A DNA stretch of 38,069 bases. It comes from a virus (taxonomy: Duplodnaviria; Heunggongvirae; Uroviricota; Caudoviricetes). Numbering within the stretch: the stretch's first letter is position 1; each line of letters starts with the position of its first letter. Positions 14,860-23,500 of this stretch are shown in pieces. Location: the IMG/VR virus record IMGVR_UViG_3300012933_000331, positions 1 through 38,069 of that record; one strand, written 5' to 3'. The notes beneath the pieces were generated by a model. That model made no database searches. It was not told the DNA's origin and worked only from the letters and a program-made list of their open reading frames with translations. Made by a program: the position numbers and the translations under genes.

Positions 14860-15730
14860 TTTTTACCTCTGATCTTTTAGTAGGAAATTGGGAGTCAAAT
14901 AGCTTATTGTGTAGCCGCTCTTGAGCGCCTGATAAGCCCCTGCCAGCTTTGTTATCTGGCAATATTTTATCAACATATTTTAAGCTATCTTGATAAGTAC
15001 CGCCTGGTATTTGTCTAGAGTAGCTTGCAAAGTTTGGTATATTATTAAGAGCATTAAAAGCATTGGCCTGGGCTAGTGCTTCTGCTGTTAATAGCGCATT
15101 TTGTACTGCACGGTATTGTTCAACATTACGCTTACGGGCAGCTGTACTATCACGAGCTAACTGTAAAAATATTCTATCTTCTTCTTCTTGAGCTACAGAG
15201 CGTGGAATAGCACTTTTTTGTACATATTCTACTTCTACAGGATCTGTTATTATGGGCGCTAATGCAGGAGGTTTGTAGTTAGGGCAAGTGGAGTCAGTAA
15301 CTGGAGTTAGCTTGCAGGTATCGTAAGTGTAGCCATACATCACAGTTGAATTTTCCACACGACCTGTGCCAGTGGTAGCAATCTCACCACGTCCCCAGCT
15401 TGTTAATGGTATGCTAGCCACAGGAACCGTTTTTGTAATAGTAGTGCCAGGTCTACCTGTCCAACTATCCTGACTGCGAAACACATAACCTGTTTCACTG
15501 GGATTGTAGTTTTGCACACTAACTTCAAAAGCGTCTTCTGGTCGTTTAACTGCAGTGTACCGGTAATTAACAGAATTTACTTCCAGGCCAGTATATTGAG
15601 GCAGTACGTTGGTCATAGTCCACTGCAAACCTACGGCAGCGGCATTTGGAGTTTGACCGGTTACGGTATCACAATAAGAGTAAAAGCAGCAGAGCAGCAA
15701 GACCAGCCCCGCCAAACCACGTTTTATCAT
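14852..15730 (-). CDS. Secreted two-domain protein, possible tip/adhesin subunit (envelope cluster gene B)
   Basis: ORF track 14852..15823; ATG at 15730 exposes the signal peptide MIKRGLAGLVLLLCCFYSYC|DT. Beta-rich N-domain, CKLTPVTDSTCP disulfide motif, Pro-rich linker, helical C-domain. Confidence 0.75.
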   Translation of the reverse strand: MIKRGLAGLVLLLCCFYSYCDTVTGQTPNAAAVGLQWTMTNVLPQYTGLEVNSVNYRYTAVKRPEDAFEVSVQNYNPSETGYVFRSQDSWTGRPGTTITKTVPVASIPLTSWGRGEIATTGTGRVENSTVMYGYTYDTCKLTPVTDSTCPNYKPPALAPIITDPVEVEYVQKSAIPRSVAQEEEDRIFLQLARDSTAARKRNVEQYRAVQNALLTAEALAQANAFNALNNIPNFASYSRQIPGGTYQDSLKYVDKILPDNKAGRGLSGAQERLHNKLFDSQFPTKRSEVKND

Positions 15731-16202
15731 CTGTAGTCCATTCTTTAGAACCCGACTCGCCAGGTTGTTGTTTGGTGTTGGCCTTCCAGCCGGCTTTGGC
15801 TTCTGCACCGATTGTTCCGTCATATGGACAAGGCGTGCCGGCCATCATCATTGCATCAAATACTCTGCGATCTTGACAAAGAGTGCTAACAGCCGCAACT
15901 TTCATGCCCATGTCATAAAGTGTTTTAGAAAGCTTTAGCCGCTCACAGTTCATGTCTTTGACGGTAGAGCCAGCACTAACACCTAAGATTTGTGTTTGTA
16001 CTGCACCTGCTACACCCACAGTACACAAGTCGCTGTTGGCATTGTTTATAGTAGGTGAAATAGCAGATGCTGGCGGCGAACGAACATTTGTATTAGAGTC
16101 ACTGCGAGTAGTTACTGTGCTATTGGTATTTACAACGGCATCTTGTGCATGCACACCGCCAAATACTAGTAGTAAACAAAGTATAAGTATATATTTAAGC
16201 AC
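15669..16202 (-). CDS. Secreted Cys4 protein with C-terminal hydrophobic tail (envelope cluster gene A)
   Basis: GTG start immediately after the endolysin stop, with GGAG RBS; signal peptide VHA|QD; Ser/Thr/Asn-rich linker; four mature Cys; ends WFGGAGLAALLLLLLL. Confidence 0.8.
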   Translation of the reverse strand: MLKYILILCLLLVFGGVHAQDAVVNTNSTVTTRSDSNTNVRSPPASAISPTINNANSDLCTVGVAGAVQTQILGVSAGSTVKDMNCERLKLSKTLYDMGMKVAAVSTLCQDRRVFDAMMMAGTPCPYDGTIGAEAKAGWKANTKQQPGESGSKEWTTDDKTWFGGAGLAALLLLLLL

Positions 16203-16832
16203 TTAGACTCCTAGTACATGTAGTGCATGATTGTAGTGTTTGATGCGATCTTCTAAGCCAATAGTACCACCATTGATACGTTTGGTTAGTGTTAGAATAT
16301 CTCCGGTGTCGGCCCACTGATTCAGCTTATTGGTTTCCCAGAACCAACAAGCACTTTGAGCAGCACCTTCAAATGTTTCCAAGTACTGGGCCGCTTCTTC
16401 AACACTTATTTCTAAGCTAGCTGCAAACCAACTATAGTTGTCTTTGCCTGTTAGCTGGATCAATCCACGACCACAGTAACGATAGCCGTCACCTGACTCA
16501 GGTGGCCCATTGCCCATGCGATTAGCATAAACTAGGTTAGCAATAGCCTGTTGCTTGTTGGGCAGGGCTGCATACTGTTGTGCCATTTCATCTGTGGGAA
16601 AATACTTGGGAAATATTTTGCGAAGCGTTGCGGCACGATAGTTTAAGTTTTCACGGAGAGCAGTAAAGCCAGCAGATTCATGTGCACACTGTGCAATAAA
16701 AGCAGCAATACGTTGTGGCGTATTGATCTCGTAGTCTGGTAACAGCTGTGCTAGTGCTGCATGCCATTGTTTGACATAAGGGTTTTTGGGAATCAGCTGT
16801 TGCAACTCTGAATAGCTTAATTGATGGGTCAT
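16203..16832 (-). CDS. Endolysin, glycoside hydrolase family 19
   Basis: FIAQCAHESAGF, LRENLNY, YCGRGLIQLTGKDNY, SACWFW, TKRINGGTIGLEDR; no signal peptide or SAR. Confidence 0.93.
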   Translation of the reverse strand: MTHQLSYSELQQLIPKNPYVKQWHAALAQLLPDYEINTPQRIAAFIAQCAHESAGFTALRENLNYRAATLRKIFPKYFPTDEMAQQYAALPNKQQAIANLVYANRMGNGPPESGDGYRYCGRGLIQLTGKDNYSWFAASLEISVEEAAQYLETFEGAAQSACWFWETNKLNQWADTGDILTLTKRINGGTIGLEDRIKHYNHALHVLGV

Positions 16833-17095
16833 TTAAGTCCTCTGTGTATTAACTCTTGTTTACGATACCATTCCTGCCAGGCGTCTACTTTAGTAGCGCA
16901 CTGGTAGTACTCGGAGTAATTATCAGCCACAGTTTTAGCAACGTCGCTGAGTTGTGGCGTTTGTGTTAGCGGCTTTAGTGGCGGACAAGGTTGCACACTT
17001 TGCATGCCCGGGGCTTCAGGCCATGTTTGCGTAACTGGCACAACTGTGGTGCATGCACTGAGTGCTACGACTAAGGGTAGTAACATTAGTTTCAT
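16829..17095 (-). CDS. o-spanin (Rz1-like outer-membrane lipoprotein)
   Basis: ATG at 17095 overlapping the i-spanin stop (ATGA); lipobox ALSA|C, Pro-rich segment, C-terminal YYQCATKVDAWQEWY. Confidence 0.85.
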   Translation of the reverse strand: MKLMLLPLVVALSACTTVVPVTQTWPEAPGMQSVQPCPPLKPLTQTPQLSDVAKTVADNYSEYYQCATKVDAWQEWYRKQELIHRGLK

Positions 17096-17511
17096 TTTGG
17101 TGGCTCCGCTGCACGATTGTGTGCAGTAACAAATTCTGGTGGAATCACACAACCAGAGTTGTACTTTGTAACTTCACGATCTATGTACCGAGTTGTTTCT
17201 TCTCCACGTAATTTAACTACTTGTAGTTTAGTGATTAGTCGTTCGCGTATAATTTCATTTGTTTGCTGAGACTTTTGCTCGGCTTGGGCTACTTGGAGCT
17301 CTAGCTCCTGTGCCCTGGCTTGCCAGACCTTATTGCTGTATAACATTCCTGTTAAAAAAATTCCTGCCGCAATGAGTGTAGCGGCAAGAATTTTGATAGG
17401 CAGGTGGAACGCTTTGGCTTGAGGCAAATAGCTCAAGCCAAAGCAGATTATTCCAAGTAATATAGTTGAGGGCCATAACAAGTCTGGAAGAATTTTAAAA
17501 ATCCAAAACAT
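17092..17511 (-). CDS. i-spanin (Rz-like inner-membrane protein)
   Basis: N-terminal hydrophobic segments, periplasmic coiled coil, C-terminal GCVIPPEFVTAHNRAA; adjacent to a lipoprotein and an endolysin. Confidence 0.82.
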   Translation of the reverse strand: MFWIFKILPDLLWPSTILLGIICFGLSYLPQAKAFHLPIKILAATLIAAGIFLTGMLYSNKVWQARAQELELQVAQAEQKSQQTNEIIRERLITKLQVVKLRGEETTRYIDREVTKYNSGCVIPPEFVTAHNRAAEPPK

Positions 17512-17513
17512 TG

Positions 17514-20500
17514 TTAAAATACCTTTATTGCTCCATAATAAATTTCCGAAACCGGCATACTACCATAGTATATGCTAGATATATTTAATGCAGAATAGTA
17601 TATGCTAGAAAGTACTGCGGATAGTATTTGTGCATTTATATAGCTTACGTTTAAATAGTTTGGGCTAGTTCCACTAAAGCTAAGTCCAGTATTATTACCA
17701 CTATCCGTAGAGTTTAATCCAATATTCCAGGCATCTGGTTTCTTTAGTATAGCAGGAGTAGTATTAGTACTGCCTAATTGTAATAAGTTACCAGAAGCAC
17801 CATTTATACTAAAGTTAGTAAACTCATTGGTACTTCCTCCACTGAACTCTATACGACCAATGGCGGTATTAGTTAAATTAGCGAATTTATTAGATCCAAT
17901 AATTGTTAAAGTACCTACACCACCTTGGTTAATAGTAACATCTTGTGCTGTAACTCCTGTACCAAAGTTTAAACTTTTAGCCGTTGAACCATTAGCACTA
18001 ATTGTGCCGGTTCCTGTAACTGAAAGCCCGCCACTAGAAAAATTGAAAATGTTAGTGCTAGAGGCTGTTAACGTAATTGCACTGCCATTACCGAAAGCTA
18101 CAGTTTTAGAGGCTGTGCCTGACCCAGTAATACCACCAGCACTAAATGTAAGAGAATATCCATTACAATCTAAAGTACCTGCTGTAAGCGTACCAAATCC
18201 GCCGTTTGTGGTCATAGCATCCATAAGACGCAAAGAACCTCCAGGAGAATTAATACTTATAATGCCAGTATATGTTTTACCACTACTGGTAAAATTTTGT
18301 ATTGTTCTACCACTAAAAATAAACCCTGTTGCTCCAGTATATGTCGTGCCAGTTCCAGTTATAATATCACCATAGACTGTTGGAGAAACTGAAAAGGCGA
18401 AAGTGTTAGTGTTGGTAGTTCTAGCTGACATATCTATTGTGCCAATATTATATGCAGCAAACATTGTAATAGTACTACCGCTAGCTGGTGAACTAGCCCC
18501 AATAACTGCAGTATCTTGAGCTAGTGGGAAAGCGCTATGGCTTGCCGCTCCGCCTAATGTAAGCGAGAATGTAGGTGTAGCTGTAACACCCCAACTAGTT
18601 TGAGTACTGGACCAATAAACTGTCTTGGGACTATCAAAAGTGATATTACTATTACCCTTACAATCACCAAGTAAAGTACCTATTAAACTGCCGCCGCTAA
18701 CAGCACTGCCTGTAATTGCAATATCCCTAAAATCAATATTAGTTAAAGCAGCTACAGAGTTGCAGGTTAAGGTACGCTGTGTACCGACTGTATTTGAGCG
18801 TAAAAATGTGCGCATATGTGCACCAGTACTACCAGACAGCGTTAATGTACCAGTTACCGTAATATTGCTTGTAACCGCAATTTGATTAATACCTGCTGTA
18901 GTGCGAGCAGCTACGCTTAAGTTACTAATAGACGCTATATTGTCTAATGCGCCAGCACTTGATAAGTTTGGCGCTGTAAACGATATATTGTTAAAGTTCT
19001 GGTTGTTTCCAGAGACTGTTGGTGCAGACACAGAAGACAAATTAATGCTAGAAGTACCAGCACTAAAAGCAAGGCCACCAGATGTACCAAAGTTAATTCC
19101 AGATCCAGATACTGTAACAGTAGAAGAACCAAAGTTTAAGCTACGTGTTAATGAAGAAGTAGAATTTATTGCTGTAGTAGTTACGTTGACATTATTGGTA
19201 TTAAAAGTGCCTTGAGTTATTGTTAGCACGGAAGAGCCATTAGCTAGTGTTCCAGTAATATTTAAAGTACCGCCAGGAGAATATAGCGTAATATTTTGGG
19301 TAAAAGTACGAGATGCTGTAGTCAATCCCTGAGTATTTCTACCTGCAAATGTTAAGGTTCCTGTACCACTAAGAGTAGTTCCTGTACCGTTTATCCAATT
19401 ACCTAAAATTATAGGAGTAGTTGTACCAGTAGCTAATGTCATTGTATTAGTGGTACGACCAGACATATCAACAGTACCAATTAGGTATGATTTATCCAAT
19501 GTAATAGTAGTAGCTGTTGCTGGGTAAGTTGCGGAAGGAAATACTACAGTATCTTGTGCTAAAGGGAATTGAGTAATATCAGCAGTACCACCAATAGTAG
19601 CGGACCAACCTGTTGTAGAACTCCAATTTGACGCTGTCGTAGCTCTGCAATAGACGGTTTTAGGTGTGGTGAAAGTAATGCCTGTATTTCCGCCACCATT
19701 ACCTAATCTAGTACCGGATATATTACCGGCTGTAACAGCATTTCCACTTATACCTATATCCATAAAGTCTACGTCTTGTAAAGTAGACACAGCAGCACAA
19801 GTCAATGTTGATTGAATACCTATGTTAGACGAACCACGTACAAAAGTGCGCATTGTAGCATTAGTTCCAGGAGTTAGGTTTAAAATACCATTAACTACTT
19901 GATCTAACCCCAAACTTAAGGTTTTTACGCCTGCTCCTGTTGTTATTCCGGAAACTGATAAGTTATTAAAAGTATTGCTTCCGTTTAGTGTAACTATACC
20001 CTCAATAGTACCGGTAAAAGATACATTATAAAAAGTTAAGCTTCCACCAAAAAACTGAACATTACCGCTTGGATAAGAGCAAATTATATTAGATGTACCG
20101 GCATCAAAAGCTAAATTTGTAGATGTAGTTAGTGATACGCAACTAGAGGCACTTAATGTAAGCGTAGAAGACCCAAGATTTATTGCGCGAACATTAGTAT
20201 TACTAGAAGACAGTACTGTGGCGGTTACATTATAGTTGTTGGTTGTAAATGTGCCTGAAGTAAGTGTTACAGCGCCGGTAGTAGTAAGTGCATCTAATAA
20301 ACTCCATGTTGCTACACTGGCTCCGGACGCTCCAAACGTAGGGGCGCTTGCACCAAAAGACTTCCCACTGCTAGTAACAGTATGGTTCCCACTAGTGGAT
20401 GCGAATGAGAGGGCTCCGCTACCTGTAACCGTCATTCCAGTTGAAAACTTCCAGGAACCGTATACACTTAGTATTGGAATAGTAAAACTACCAGAAAAAC

Positions 20501-23500
20501 CTGTAAAGTCAAGGCTTCTGATGTCACTAGATGCAGTAATAGTTAGGGCATAAGTGCCAGCGTTTATATTAAAAGATAAACAATTAAGCTCACCCAACGC
20601 ACCTGGACTAACTGTTGTTGCAGTTGCAGTTGCGTTTGATATATTTACAACGCGATTTCCGGAACAAGACATTCCAGTAGTCGTAGGAGTACTCCATACT
20701 GTACCTGTGCCATTTACGGTAATAGTGCCAGTAGATCCAAAATCAATAGCTCTAGCTGTTGAGTTTGATGATGAAAATAGTCCTGATGTAACTGCGTAGC
20801 CGTTTAGGTTTATAGAACCACTAGTTAACGTTAGCGTGCGTGTAGACCCTGCAGTAAGATTAGAGCCTAATACTGCCGTGTTACCAATACCACGATTAAA
20901 GGTAATAGGCATATCTGTAGACTTACCTGCTAGCGATATAGAGACGCTTTGATTTAACCAGGTAGCCCCGGCCACAGTACTGCCACCAAAAGTAAGAGAA
21001 CTAGCGGTTGCTGTTACCAACATTCCTGCGGATAAAGTTAAGTCCCCGTACACTGTAGCAGATGAGTTGGTCCAAACACCACTAAATCCAGTAAAGTCTA
21101 TATTATTCCACTGCCCACCAATTGTAACAGTAGCCGCACCTGAAGTAACACGTAAGTTTGGTGCTGCGGAACTAACCGCTGCTGTGTTACCTACAATAGA
21201 CTGTGCAGTACCAGAGGGCGTATTACCAACAATACGCACCTCTCTAGAGCCGGTAAAAATAGTGGTTGAAGTTGTAGTAAATAATGTTCCAGCAGCAGTA
21301 CTATTTAGGACAATTGCACCACTGTTACCAAAAGCAATAGTGGGAGCCCCAGAAGAAGCAGAAAAAGTAGCTGCAGTAAGTGTATAACTATTTAGATCAA
21401 GGCCCACTGATGAAGATAGCGTTACAGCAGAAGTAACGGCGCAGGCATCTAGTAGTTTTAAATTTCCTGCTCCACTTACTGATAGTGAGCCTGGAAGTAC
21501 CTCTCCAGAGGTAGTTAAATTAGTAGTAAGGCCAGTAGTAGTAACTAGAGTAAAAGAAGTAACATTGGCACCAAAAGTAAGCGCAGACGATAGTGATAAT
21601 GTCTGTCCGTATATTGTCAGGGTCTGAGCTGCTGTTGGATTTAGAGTACCGGAGAATCCTGATAAATCTAAGTTATAGAAACGAGAAGTAGCACTACTAA
21701 TTGATAGTGTGCCAGCCCCAGCAGTAACTTCAAGACTATAAGTAGCCGTGCCGCTAGTAGGCGTAGATACCGTACGTGTCTGCCCTGAAGTAGAGGCTCC
21801 AGTTAGTCTGAATGTAGGGGATGCAAAGAACCCTAGATTAGTGCTAGTGGTAAAGTCAATTACCGAACCGGAAGCGCTTGCTACGTCAATTCTGCCGCCA
21901 GAAGTCCCGTTTATTTGTCGCGAAGCTGTTCCAGACGACAGGAAGGTATTACACGATAAAACATAACCATTTGTACCTAGCGAACCTAGGGAAAGGGTAT
22001 AGTTACCTGTACCGGTATTAACATTGCCTACCAAATTAACACTACCAGATCCATTTTGAATTACGTTTATTGCTGTGGAAGTACCAGATAAGTTTTTAAT
22101 AGTACTTATAGGCGGGGCTATACCTAAACTACCGTATACAGCCGAGCCTAATACAACATCGCCTACAGCAAATGCGCTAGGCATCTGCATCTGCAAAGAA
22201 CTTGTTCTAGCAGAACAATCTATACTACCTACCAATAGTCGATCTGGTACGGAAAATGCACCAACTCCGGTATTAGTAAATACTGCAGTGTCTTGCGGTA
22301 ATGGATAGTCCACGCCAGTAGTAGAACCGCCCGCAGTTAGAGACCAGTTACTATTTGTCCAGTAAGAAGTTGAACCCACCCAGTAAAGTGTTCTTGCAGC
22401 AGGGAATGTAAATCCTGTTACAGCGTTGTTACCACCATCCCCTACACGCGTAATTGTAGGATTATTACCTAAGTGACTTATATCGCAATCTCTAAATGTA
22501 ATATCTTCAAGAACTGTAGTGGCTGCTTGCAATAGCAATGTTGCTCTAGTGCCTTCTACACTTGACTTATAAACTATAGGTGAAGAAGTTCCAACAAACG
22601 AAGTATCTAATTGCCCTATAATAAATGTGCCGTCCGCAGACTGTATGTACTCTCTAACAGTATTAGAGGTGGATACCCCCTTTACTACCAACTTATTAAT
22701 TTGTGTAAGACTACCGCTGTGGAGTAGTGAAACTTTAGTAGCTACAGTAATATCGTTAATGGAAACAGTACCATAGATCTGATCAGTTCCGAAGTCTACT
22801 ATTAGATTAGAGGCTGCTTGAGTAATGTTAAATGTCGCACTACTAGCTGATAGTGTTGTATTATTATCCAATATCCATAAAAATGGAGTACTAGATAAGG
22901 TAACTACGGAAGTACCAAAGTAAATAGTTTTAGCAGGTCCAGTATCAAACTGAAAACAGGCGGCATTTATTAGCCAGTTTCCTGTAGAAACATTACCAAC
23001 TTTAAATACAAGATACCCAGAAGACCTAAATGCACTAGTAAAGTTATACGTATCCGATGTACTTTGTGTAGCAAATATAATATCACCTGGAATAGTTTTG
23101 CCTACAAGGTCTATAGAAAGTCCGGGGCCAGTTCCAGCAAAAGTTAGCGGAGCAGAGGCTACGAGTGACATCCCAGAAGATAGTTTTAAAGATCCGTATA
23201 AGTTTAACGCAACAGAAGCCGACCAAGACCACTGACCACTAAAACCTGTAAAGTCTAAACTACCTAATACTGCTATTTGACCTAACACTGTTGCTGCGCT
23301 ATATGTGCCTGAAAGTAGGCTTACATCTACTGGATTTGTTTGATCTATTCCTGTTGTTGCAGACCAGATTAAACTTCCTGGACTTGCTGAGCTAGCGAAA
23401 GTCACAGATATTTTTGGTCTTCCTGACACTGTTAGATTAGTACCATTACTTATATCTAATAAATTAGTTCTGGCAATATTAGGGGCTAATTTAATTGAGG

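Noticed and set aside
12086-16202. Curli (csgF/csgG) operon as the identity of the envelope cluster
   Set aside because: No lipoprotein of CsgG size and no curlin Q/N-G repeats; any relationship would be analogy only unless structure searches say otherwise.
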